NCBI GenBank assembly: GCA_046351535.1
Contig: JAXLYG010000005.1
Location: 293,334-357,333, forward strand
Length of the DNA: 64,000 nt
Reading direction: 5' to 3'
Source: Polyangiales bacterium
GTDB lineage: Bacteria; Myxococcota_A; Polyangia; Polyangiales; Ga0077539
The notes under the pieces: model-generated
What the model was told of the DNA's origin: nothing
Database searches by the model: none
The model's input: the letters and a program-made list of their open reading frames with translations, nothing else
Shown here: in pieces, positions 18,834-27,198 of the stretch
How positions within the stretch are numbered: the stretch's first letter is position 1
Layout: the number at the start of each line of letters is the position of its first letter
Program-made: the position numbers and the translations under genes

Positions 18834-19313
18834 ATGGCCGCGCAGAAGCCCGCAGAGGGCATCACGATGATCTCCGAGAACCGCCGCGCGCTCATGCGCT
18901 ACACCATCGATGAGCGCATCGAGGTGGGCGTCGTGCTGGTGGGCTCCGAGGTCAAGAGCCTCCGCGACGGCAAGATGGAGCTCAACGACGCGTACGGCGT
19001 GGTGCAGAACGGCCAGCTCACGCTCCTCAACGCGTACATCCCCCCGTACCCCTTCGCGACGATGATCAAGCACGAGGAGAAGCGCTCGCGGCGCCTCCTC
19101 GCGCACCGCGCGGAGATCGACCGCATCGAGGGGAAGATCACCCAGCGCGGCTACACGCTCGTCGCGCTGAAGGCTTATTTCAAAGACGGTCGCGTGAAGA
19201 TCGAGCTCGGCCTCGCGCGCGGAAAAGAAGACGTCGACCGCCGCCAGGAGATCAAGAAGCGCGAGGGCGAGCGAGAGGCCCGCGCCGCCATGACGAGGCG
19301 CTTCAAGAGCTGA
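18834..19313 (+). CDS. smpB: SsrA-binding protein SmpB
   Basis: ISENRRALMRYTIDERIEVGVVLVGSEVKSLR...GYTLVALKAYFKDGRVKIELGLARGK is collinear with SmpB. Confidence 0.9.
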   Translation: MAAQKPAEGITMISENRRALMRYTIDERIEVGVVLVGSEVKSLRDGKMELNDAYGVVQNGQLTLLNAYIPPYPFATMIKHEEKRSRRLLAHRAEIDRIEGKITQRGYTLVALKAYFKDGRVKIELGLARGKEDVDRRQEIKKREGEREARAAMTRRFKS

Positions 19314-19322
19314 GGGAGTGCG

Positions 19323-19595
19323 ATGACGGCGACGCGCATCACCTGGACGCCCGACGGAGAGGGCGCGCTCGGCGAGGTCGACGACCTCCACGTGACCGTG
19401 CGCGCCTCGACGCGCGCATACCCGCCCGGGGCCACGGCCTCGGGGACGCTCCACGCGGAGACGCCCACGGCGTTCTCGATGAAGATCGCGGGCTCGCGCC
19501 GCGAGGCCGACGGCTTCGTCGTGCGGGGGCGACTCGTGAACGCCACCGTCGCCATTCGAAGCGCCTTCGCCGCCGCGGGAACCGCGAAGTCCTGA
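19323..19595 (+). CDS. Small hypothetical protein (90 aa)
   Basis: ORF with non-artefact composition, sitting between smpB and tatD. No recognisable motif. Confidence 0.35.
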   Translation: MTATRITWTPDGEGALGEVDDLHVTVRASTRAYPPGATASGTLHAETPTAFSMKIAGSRREADGFVVRGRLVNATVAIRSAFAAAGTAKS

Positions 19596-19598
19596 GCG

Positions 19599-20450
19599 GT
19601 GCTCTTCGACTCGCACTGCCACCTCGACGCGCCCGAGTTCGACGACGACCGCGAGGCCGTGTGGGCGCGCGCACTCTCCGCGGGCGTGTGCGGCGCGCTC
19701 GTTCCCGCGGTGGAGCCCGCGTCGTGGGAGAAGACCCTCGCCACCGCGCGAGACGGTGCGCGCACGGTCGCCCTGGGGATTCACCCGCACTACCTCGCGA
19801 ACCTCGACGCGCCTTCGCTCGACGCCGCGATGGCCTCGCTCGCAGACCGCATTCGAAGCGCGGGCGCGTGCGTGGTGGCCGTCGGCGAGTGCGGCCTCGA
19901 CGGGAGCACCGACGCGCTCCGCGCGACGCTCGACCGACAGCGTGCGGTGTTCGCGGCGCACGTCGAGGTGGCGCGCACGCTCGCGCTGCCGCTCGTGGTT
20001 CACGTCTACAAAGCGCACGGAGAGGCCCTCGCGGCGATGCGCGCGGTGAAGCTCCCAGCGAACCCCGGCGTGATCCACAGCTACTCGGGGAGCGCGGAGC
20101 TCGCGCGCGAGTACCTCGCGATGGGGTGGCACCTCGCGATGGGCGGCGCCGTGACGCGCCCCAACGCGCGGCGCCCCGTCGAGGCCACGCGGGCCGTTCC
20201 GAGAGAGCGGCTCCTGATCGAGACCGACGCGCCCGATCAGACGCCGACGGGCGCGCCCGAGGGCGTGCGACGCTGCGAGCCCGCGCACCTCGCGATCATC
20301 GCGAAGAAGATCGCGGAGGTGCGCGGCGAGTCACGCGACGACGTGGGCGCATACACGCGCGAGAACGCGTCGAGGCTCTTCGGCGCTCACATCCTCACGA
20401 GGCACTCGAGCACGGTGCCGCGCACTCTGGCCCGCCGCACGCAGGAGTAG
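19599..20450 (+). CDS. tatD: TatD-family metal-dependent hydrolase/DNase
   Basis: N-terminal LFDSHCHLD with the later conserved His/Glu/Asp residues. GTG start. Confidence 0.8.
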   Translation: MLFDSHCHLDAPEFDDDREAVWARALSAGVCGALVPAVEPASWEKTLATARDGARTVALGIHPHYLANLDAPSLDAAMASLADRIRSAGACVVAVGECGLDGSTDALRATLDRQRAVFAAHVEVARTLALPLVVHVYKAHGEALAAMRAVKLPANPGVIHSYSGSAELAREYLAMGWHLAMGGAVTRPNARRPVEATRAVPRERLLIETDAPDQTPTGAPEGVRRCEPAHLAIIAKKIAEVRGESRDDVGAYTRENASRLFGAHILTRHSSTVPRTLARRTQE

Positions 20451-21001
20451 CCTTCGAGCATTCCGCTGAAGCGGTGCCAGATCGCGACGCGCGTCCCCGC
20501 GGGGGCGCGGAGGAGCTGCGCCTCGACGAAGGCGACGTCGCCGTCGTGTCGGTCGGCGTTGAGCTCGACGTCGTGGTCGATGCGCTCCTCGTCGGGGAGG
20601 TGGTTCTCGCCGAAGGGGTTGAAGAGATAGAACCCGTCGAAGGCGCCCCAGTCGACGGCGCGCACGTCGCCGCAGACGAAGTCCGCGGTGGTCACGCGGA
20701 GCTTCAGAGACGCCTCGCGCGCCGCCTCGACGAGCCACGGCCGCTGCTCGACGCCGGTGAAGTGTCCGGGTGTGGTGAGGGCGCCCGCGAGGCAGAAGCG
20801 TCCCGCGCCGCTGCCCACGTCGAGCACGCGGGCGTCACCATCGGGCGCGAGCCACGCCGCGGCGCGGGCGCTCACCTCGACGGGCGTCGTGTGCTGCACG
20901 CGAAATCGTCGGAACGCGTCGGGGTACAGCGTATCGAGGAGCTCATCGGCGTCGATGGCGTTCTCTCGGAGGGCCGTGCGCACCGTGTCGGCGTCGATCA
21001 C
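20387..21001 (-). CDS. Class I SAM-dependent methyltransferase
   Basis: Motif I VLDVGSGAGRF. A GTG start at 21001 is inferred because no upstream ATG exists. The 3' end overlaps tatD by 64 nt (convergent). Confidence 0.5.
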   Translation of the reverse strand: MIDADTVRTALRENAIDADELLDTLYPDAFRRFRVQHTTPVEVSARAAAWLAPDGDARVLDVGSGAGRFCLAGALTTPGHFTGVEQRPWLVEAAREASLKLRVTTADFVCGDVRAVDWGAFDGFYLFNPFGENHLPDEERIDHDVELNADRHDGDVAFVEAQLLRAPAGTRVAIWHRFSGMLEGYSCVRRARVRGTVLECLVRM

Positions 21002-22662
21002 CGCACCGCCCCCATGCGCGCGGGTCGTAGCGCGCCGTCGAAGCCCTCGCGCGCGGGCTGCCAGGTCGCGCCGCGGTCGTCGGACCAGAGCGCCGCCGTG
21101 GTGGCGCCCGTCGCGAAGAGCGCGAGCCGATCGCCCGCGGAGAAGAGCCAGAGCGAACGCGCGGAGATTCCGCCGTGCGCGGCGTCGTCGTCGATGGCCG
21201 CGGTGGGCGCGGAGGCGAAGCTCATCGGGTCTCCGTGGCGCACGCGCAGCCCGTCGCCGTCGCGCGCGATCGAGACCATCACGAGCTCGCCGCCGATGCG
21301 CGCGAAGCGTCGCGGGACTTCGAAGGTGAGCGCGGGCGCGCAGCCTCCCTCGCGTCGGCAGCTCTGCGCCGACGAGCCTCCGACGAGGGTCACCCCCTGC
21401 GCGTCGCAAAGAAGTTCGAAGGGCAGTCCGCTCTGCGCCACGTCGCCGAGCTCGCGCGGCGCGTGACCGGCCTCGATGGCGAAGAGGTGCGTGCCCGGCG
21501 CGTCGACCGCGGCCACGTAGCTCACGCCCTCCGCGTTGCAGCTCGCGAGCAGCGTCGAGGGGCTGTGGAGCGCGGTGACGTGCTGAACCTCACCCAACGG
21601 CGCGGGCGCCGCGGGGACGCTCCGCGCGTCGAGCGAGAGCGCGTTCGCCTCACCCGACACGCCCACCCACCACGCGTCGCTCCCCGCGCGAACGAGCACG
21701 GACTCGAGCCGCGACGGCGTACCGAGCGGCGCCTCGACACACGCCCCTCCGCGCGCGCAGCGCTGGAGCACCGCGCGCGGACCGTCGGCCGTGACCGCGA
21801 CGAGCGCGCCATTGGAGACCCTCGCGGCGAGGCTCGGCACGATGGGCTTCGCGAGCGAGAAGACGGGCTGCGTGAGCGCATCGAAGGACGCGAACGCGGC
21901 GGTCCCCGCGGGGCTCTCGACGAGGGTGATGGCCTCGGGGGCGTCGCTCGCGACGAGGTACTGCGGCGCGCCTTCGCGGGCGAAGCGGCGGCACGTCCAC
22001 GACCCGCCGCGGTCGCGAGAGCGGCAGAAGACGCGCTCCCGCGTGGGCTCGATGAAGAGGGCCGAGAGCGTGCCCGCGGCGTGGTTCGAGCCCGCCACGA
22101 CGGAGCCCTGCGCGATGGAGACCGGGATGAGGTCACCGCCGATGGGCGCGAGCGCGGTGGGGAGGTTCGTCTCGCGGGGCCTCTCCCTCCCGCGTCCGTA
22201 GGTGCCCGTGAGGATCGTCGCCTCGACGTGGAGCGCGCGTAGCGCGGTCGCGATCGCGTCGAAGGGGAGGCCCGCGCGACCCTCGCGAAACGCCGCGACC
22301 TCCCCGAGGACGGCGTCGCGGTCGAGGGCCGTCGCGAGCGCCGCGGCCTGCGCGGAGAGCTTCGCGAGGTGCGCCTCGCCGTGGGCCATCTCGACGATCG
22401 CGCGGGCCCTCGCCGCGCAGTTCATGGGCCACACGGCGGGCGTCGCGGGGGCGAGCGCGACGCGCCGCAGCCGCGCGTTCATCGCGGCCACATCGCGGGC
22501 CGACGAGGTCTCTCCCACGACGCAGACCGTGAGCCTCGACGCGAGGGCGTCGGCCAGTTGCGCCGTGGCCCGCGCGTGCGCCGCCCGACGGCGCGAGAGA
22601 AAGAACCACCCCGAGCCCGCGAGGGCCGCCAGGGCGACGATCAGGAACACGCGCGATCTCAT
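20998..22662 (-). CDS. Membrane-anchored hypothetical protein (N-terminal TM, large extracytoplasmic domain)
   Basis: MRSRVFLIVALAALAGSGWFFL signal-anchor. No identifiable domain. Confidence 0.45.
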   Translation of the reverse strand: MRSRVFLIVALAALAGSGWFFLSRRRAAHARATAQLADALASRLTVCVVGETSSARDVAAMNARLRRVALAPATPAVWPMNCAARARAIVEMAHGEAHLAKLSAQAAALATALDRDAVLGEVAAFREGRAGLPFDAIATALRALHVEATILTGTYGRGRERPRETNLPTALAPIGGDLIPVSIAQGSVVAGSNHAAGTLSALFIEPTRERVFCRSRDRGGSWTCRRFAREGAPQYLVASDAPEAITLVESPAGTAAFASFDALTQPVFSLAKPIVPSLAARVSNGALVAVTADGPRAVLQRCARGGACVEAPLGTPSRLESVLVRAGSDAWWVGVSGEANALSLDARSVPAAPAPLGEVQHVTALHSPSTLLASCNAEGVSYVAAVDAPGTHLFAIEAGHAPRELGDVAQSGLPFELLCDAQGVTLVGGSSAQSCRREGGCAPALTFEVPRRFARIGGELVMVSIARDGDGLRVRHGDPMSFASAPTAAIDDDAAHGGISARSLWLFSAGDRLALFATGATTAALWSDDRGATWQPAREGFDGALRPARMGAVR

Positions 22663-22720
22663 CGGCGGCACTTATAAACCGAGGTCCGCACGCGGCCCAT
22701 CGTCGAGTAGAGTTCTTGCC

Positions 22721-23020
22721 GTGCTCGCGCGCCACGCCCTCCTCGCCTCGCTCGCCGCGCTCGTCGCGTGCTCGTCCACGCAGCGCGTTCGAAGCGCCGG
22801 GGCGTACCGCTTTCAGTGCGAGCCCGTCGACGCCCACGTCATCGTCGACGAAGACGACCTGGGGCCCTGCGCGATCTGGTCGTCGCGGTGGCTCGGGCTC
22901 CCCGCGGGCCCCCACCGCGTGCGCATCTACCGCGAGGGATGGCTCCCGCAAGAGTCCGACGTCACCCCCAACGGCGCGCGCGTGACCGTCACCGCGCGGC
23001 TCCGACGCGTCCCCGACTGA
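22721..23020 (+). CDS. Small lipoprotein (about 99 aa)
   Basis: GTG start. ALLASLAALVACSS lipobox. Confidence 0.4.
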   Translation: MLARHALLASLAALVACSSTQRVRSAGAYRFQCEPVDAHVIVDEDDLGPCAIWSSRWLGLPAGPHRVRIYREGWLPQESDVTPNGARVTVTARLRRVPD

Positions 23021-23043
23021 AACCGCCACGCAGAGAGAAGCTG

Positions 23044-24588
23044 ATGCGCTCCACGAAGCACCGCCACGTCGCCCTCGCCACGTCGCTCGCCGCCTCGCTC
23101 GCCTCGACGGCGGCCCTCTCGCAAGACCTCCAGTGCCGCACCTGCGAAGACTGCTCGCAGCTCCTCTCGACGCCCAACGCGCGCGTCGAGCTCGGCACCG
23201 ACCTCGCGCTCCACGGCGCGGGGCCGTGCGTGGTGATCCGCGGCGAGGGCGCTCGCTTCAACGGCCACGGACACGTCATCCTCGCGCAGCCCGCGGGCGG
23301 CGTGGCGCTGCGCGTCGAGGCCGCGAACGCCGTCGCGCGACACCTCAGGGTCACGGGCGCCGACGTGGGCGTCGAGCTCGTGGGCGCCCGCGACGCGACC
23401 CTCTACGACATCACCGCGGAGGCTCGCGCGAAGGGCTTTTCCGTCGAGCGATCGCCGAACGCGCGCTTCGAACGCGTGCACGCGTCGGGCGGTCGCGTGG
23501 GCCTCTCGTTCGGCGCCTCGGCCAACGGGAGCTGCGACGCGAACACCACGATGCAGAGCCCCGGCGCAGTGGTGCTGCGCTCGACCTTCGAACGTGCCAC
23601 GACGGGCATCGCAGCGTGTGACGCGCGCCCCGTGCTCACGGGAAACACCGTGTCGCGCAACGCCGTGGGCGTCGTGCTCGGAGACCCCGCGGCGGGGACG
23701 GGCCCTGGCGGCGCGGCGCCCTACGACGCGTGCGCGTGCGCGCCGACGGTCGAGGCGGTGCATCCCGGCACGGTGGCGGTGTACAGCTCGGGCTGCGGGA
23801 GCTGCCAGGTGCACGAGGGCTGGATGCCCGGTCTGCGACGGCGCGGCGCGGACATCGTGGTGCGCGAGAGCGGCCCCGACACGCAGTCCGCGCAGGAGCG
23901 CTTCGACCGCTTCGGCTGGCGCTGCATGCCCGGCGTGATGGACTCGCTCGGAATCCCCGGCTGCGTGCCCAACTACGCGTGCGTGACGAGCGGAGCTTTT
24001 TCGAAGCGCCGCGAAGGCGACGCGCAGCTCATGGTCGACGTGCCGATCAACGGCGCAGACGACGCGTTCCGCTTCGCGAGCGAGTGCGCCGAGGGGGCGC
24101 GCGGACGCTACGCCCGCGGCGCCCGCTGCGTGCTCCAGGGGCTCGCGGACAACCGCATCTGCGGCAACCGCACGCTCGACCTCAGCGCCGTGGGCGGTGC
24201 TTCACGCGCGGGCGGCGCGCGCGACCGCTGCGATCACGCCGAAGGGTGGAGCGAGGGAGGTCACGCAGGCTGCGCGCTCACCTGCGACGAGGCTGTTCCA
24301 TCGACCGAGGCGCCTCCGCCGAGGGAGCCCGCGCTGATCGAGCCGCAGGCAGGTCCGTCACCGAACGCGATCGTGCCCGACACGACGCAGCCTCCGGCGA
24401 CGCCGCTCGTGCTGCCGACCGCCGCGCCTCCGAGCCCCGCGGGGAGCGTCGCGCCTGCGGTGAGAACGCCGACGCGCACAAGCCCCGCTGCGCAGCGCGC
24501 GCCCTCGGCCGACGAGCCGCTCTACATCGTGGGCGGCATCGTGGCGGCGGTGCTCGTCGGCGCGTGGGCGTTTCGAAAGAAGGGGTGA
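23044..24588 (+). CDS. Secreted protein, probably with a right-handed parallel beta-helix, and a C-terminal TM anchor
   Basis: Signal peptide. Repetitive G/V/A-rich segments with regularly spaced Asn/Gly. A C-terminal hydrophobic helix (IVGGIVAAVLVGAWAF) followed by RKKG. Confidence 0.4.
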   Translation: MRSTKHRHVALATSLAASLASTAALSQDLQCRTCEDCSQLLSTPNARVELGTDLALHGAGPCVVIRGEGARFNGHGHVILAQPAGGVALRVEAANAVARHLRVTGADVGVELVGARDATLYDITAEARAKGFSVERSPNARFERVHASGGRVGLSFGASANGSCDANTTMQSPGAVVLRSTFERATTGIAACDARPVLTGNTVSRNAVGVVLGDPAAGTGPGGAAPYDACACAPTVEAVHPGTVAVYSSGCGSCQVHEGWMPGLRRRGADIVVRESGPDTQSAQERFDRFGWRCMPGVMDSLGIPGCVPNYACVTSGAFSKRREGDAQLMVDVPINGADDAFRFASECAEGARGRYARGARCVLQGLADNRICGNRTLDLSAVGGASRAGGARDRCDHAEGWSEGGHAGCALTCDEAVPSTEAPPPREPALIEPQAGPSPNAIVPDTTQPPATPLVLPTAAPPSPAGSVAPAVRTPTRTSPAAQRAPSADEPLYIVGGIVAAVLVGAWAFRKKG

Positions 24589-24998
24589 CCCTCACCCCGT
24601 CCCTCTCCCGCGAAGCGGGAGAGGGTGCCTGTTGGTAGCTGCCATGCCCTCACCCTGCCCTCCCGGCAGAGCCGGGAGAGGGTGTCAGCGCATCGACGAC
24701 GAAGCGCTCGGTGGTGCCGACGAAGCGCTCGGTGGCGGTGCCGACGAAGCGCTCGGTGGCGGTGCCGACGAAGCGCTCGGTGGCGGTGCCGACGAAGCGC
24801 TCGGTGGCGGTGCCGACGAAGCGCTCGGTGACGGTGCTGACGAAGCGCTCGGTAACGGTGCTGACGAGGATCGACGTCACGCTTCGTCGCCTCGACACCC
24901 TCTCCCGGCTCTGCCGGGAGAGGGCCGGGGTGAGGGCATGGCAGCTACCAACAGGCACCCTCTCCCGCTTCGCGGGAGAGGGACGGGGTGAGGGTCAC
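24584..24998. repeat. Composite element: a perfect roughly 105-bp inverted repeat flanking about 7 tandem 24-bp repeats, between convergent stop codons
   Basis: The left arm (24584-24685) is the exact reverse complement of the right arm (24893-24998), and both include the GGTGA of the flanking genes' stops. Each arm holds two internal hairpins (ccctctcccgcgaagcgggagaggg; ccctcccggcagagccgggagaggg). The centre, at 24700-24870, is tandem copies of gacgaagcgctcggtggcggtgcc. Confidence 0.85.
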
Positions 24999-25996
24999 CA
25001 CGCGAGCACGATCTTGCCGAGCGTGGCGTTGCGCTCCATGAGCGCGTGCGCGTCGCGGATCTGCGACATGGGCATCACCGCGTCGACGACGGCCTTGAGC
25101 TTCCCGCGCGCGAAGAGCGGCAGCACGGAGCGCGAGAACTCCCGCGCGACGCGGGCCTTCTCTTCGAGCGGACGCGCGCGCAGCGTCGTGCCGAAGATCC
25201 GCAGGCGCTTCATGAGAATCGGCGCGAGGGGCACCTCGGCGTGCATTCCGCCCATGAACGCGATGAGCACGAGGCGTCCGAGGGGCGCCATCGCCTGGAG
25301 GTTGTCTTCGAGGTACGAAGCTCCGACGGGGTCGAGCACCACGTCGACGCCGTGGCCGTGCGTGAGGCGGTCGACCTCGGCGGCGAAGCGTCCGTCCTTC
25401 ACGACGACGCCGTCGGCGAAGCCGAGCTTGAGGATGCGATCGAGCTTGTCGGCCGTGCGCACCGTGGCGAGCGCGCGCACCGAGGCCGCGCGACAGAGCT
25501 GCGCCGCGGCCGTTCCCACCCCGCTCGCGGCGGCGTGAATGAGGGCCGTCTCGCCCATCACCGCCTGGGCCTGGTTGAAGAGCGCGTCCCACGCCGTGAG
25601 GAACACCTCGGGGATCGCCGCGGCTTCGGAGAAGGGCATGCCCTCGGGCACGGGCATGAGCTCCCGCGCGTGCGCGACGACGCGCGTACACATCGCGCCG
25701 CCGCCCGTGATCGCCATGACCCTGTCGCCGACGGACCAGTCTCGCACGCCCTCGCCGAGCGCCGTGACGGTGCCCGCGAACTCGAGGCCCGGCACGTCGG
25801 CGGGATAGCCCGGCGGCGCGGGGTAGTAGCCCTTTCTCTGCATGATGTCCGCGCGGTTGAGGCCCGCCGTGGCGACCTCGACGAGCACCTCGCCGGGCCC
25901 CGGGGCGCGCACGGGCACCTCTCCGATCTCGAGCACGTCGAGGTCACCAGACTCACGGATGCGTACGGCCGTCGCGGTCTCGCTCATGGTGCGCAA
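24995..25996 (-). CDS. qor: NADPH:quinone oxidoreductase / zeta-crystallin (MDR superfamily)
   Basis: N-terminal GroES-like domain. Cofactor site AAASGVGTAA. About 330 aa. Confidence 0.8.
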   Translation of the reverse strand: MRTMSETATAVRIRESGDLDVLEIGEVPVRAPGPGEVLVEVATAGLNRADIMQRKGYYPAPPGYPADVPGLEFAGTVTALGEGVRDWSVGDRVMAITGGGAMCTRVVAHARELMPVPEGMPFSEAAAIPEVFLTAWDALFNQAQAVMGETALIHAAASGVGTAAAQLCRAASVRALATVRTADKLDRILKLGFADGVVVKDGRFAAEVDRLTHGHGVDVVLDPVGASYLEDNLQAMAPLGRLVLIAFMGGMHAEVPLAPILMKRLRIFGTTLRARPLEEKARVAREFSRSVLPLFARGKLKAVVDAVMPMSQIRDAHALMERNATLGKIVLAW

Positions 25997-26103
25997 TGGG
26001 TATCACGACGACGCGTCGCGCGGGGCGATACGGCGATGCGGCGTGAGGTCGCCGCGCCCGCGTGCGGAGCGCCACGCGGCTGAGGTAGTCTCCGCGCCCT
26101 CGC

Positions 26104-27195
26104 ATGAAGTGCCCCCGATGTAGCGCCGCGCTCGGCCCCTTCAACACCGAAGAGGGGCTCGTCGTCGACACCTGCAGCACCTGCCGCGCCGTGTGGTTCG
26201 ACCGCGGCGAGCTCGCGCGCATGGTCGGCACGCGCGAGGACCTCCCCGCCCTCGACGCCGCGCAGGAGTACTCGCTCGCGTCTGCGCTCCCGTGCCCGCG
26301 GTGCCTCGGCGCGACGCTCGCGGAGATGCCCTACGCCGTGGGCAACGCCGTCACCATCGCGACGTGCCCGATGTGTCAGGGCGTGCTCTCGTCGCTCTCG
26401 GACCTGCGCGCGATGCGCGAGATCGCGGCCTCGTCGCGCGTCGCGCAGACGACCTCGTCGGCCTTCGCGGGCGCGGGCTTCGCCCAGTCGGGCACCGCGC
26501 AGTCGGGCTTCGCGCAGTCGGGCTTCGCGATCTCGAACAGCACCGAGCTCGCGCGCGCGGGAGAGGTCTCGATCGAGCGCGTCGCGCAGCGCTTCAACGA
26601 CCTCAACCGCCTCACGGTGAAGCAGCGACGGAGCTGGCTCGAGGCGCTCACGGGCTTCGAACAGGCCAACCGCTACACCGTGCTCGGCAACGGGATGGGC
26701 GCGGCCTTCGTGGTGCAGGAGCAGTCCGCGGGCTTTCTGGAGCTGCTCTCGCGGCTCTTTCTCGGCCCGTGGCGGCCCTTCGAGTCGTACGTCGAAGACA
26801 CGCGCCGCGGCACGATCGCGATGAAGCTGCGGCGGCCCTTCCGATGGTTCCTGCCGACGCTGGAGGTGTGCGACCCCGACGGGAACCTCCTCGCGCGCAT
26901 CGAGCGGCGGTGGACGTGGTTCGCCACGCGCTACGAGATCTTCGACGCCGCGGACGCGCTCATCGGAGAGATCCACGGCCCGATGTTTCGCCCGTGGACC
27001 TTCGAGGTGATGGCGAACGGAGCCCGCGTCGCGCTCGTGCAGAAGAAGTGGTCGGGGCTCATCAAGGAGGCCTTCACCGACGCCGACAACTTCGAAGTCA
27101 CCTTCGACCCCGGCGCGCCGCCGAAGTGGAAGCCGCTCGCGCTCGCGTGCGCCGTGCTCATCGACGTGGCGCACTTCGAACGCTCGAACAAGTAG
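26104..27195 (+). CDS. Zinc-ribbon (2 x CxxC...CxxC) N-terminus plus a scramblase/LOR-like C-terminal domain
   Basis: Two TFIIB-type Zn-ribbon signatures (CPRCSA...CSTCRA; CPRCLG...CPMCQG). A Q/S/G/F-rich linker (FAQSGxAQSG repeats). A C-terminal domain with scramblase-like features (EIFD..., FEVTFD, trailing helix). Confidence 0.4.
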   Translation: MKCPRCSAALGPFNTEEGLVVDTCSTCRAVWFDRGELARMVGTREDLPALDAAQEYSLASALPCPRCLGATLAEMPYAVGNAVTIATCPMCQGVLSSLSDLRAMREIAASSRVAQTTSSAFAGAGFAQSGTAQSGFAQSGFAISNSTELARAGEVSIERVAQRFNDLNRLTVKQRRSWLEALTGFEQANRYTVLGNGMGAAFVVQEQSAGFLELLSRLFLGPWRPFESYVEDTRRGTIAMKLRRPFRWFLPTLEVCDPDGNLLARIERRWTWFATRYEIFDAADALIGEIHGPMFRPWTFEVMANGARVALVQKKWSGLIKEAFTDADNFEVTFDPGAPPKWKPLALACAVLIDVAHFERSNK

Positions 27196-27198
27196 CGG

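Noticed and set aside
24700-24870. ORFs 24632..24991 (plus strand, DEALGGG repeats) and 24650..24958 (minus strand, TERFVGTA repeats) as genes
   Set aside because: They are plain translations of a 24-bp tandem DNA repeat on both strands inside an inverted-repeat element. There is no start context and they sit between two convergent stops.
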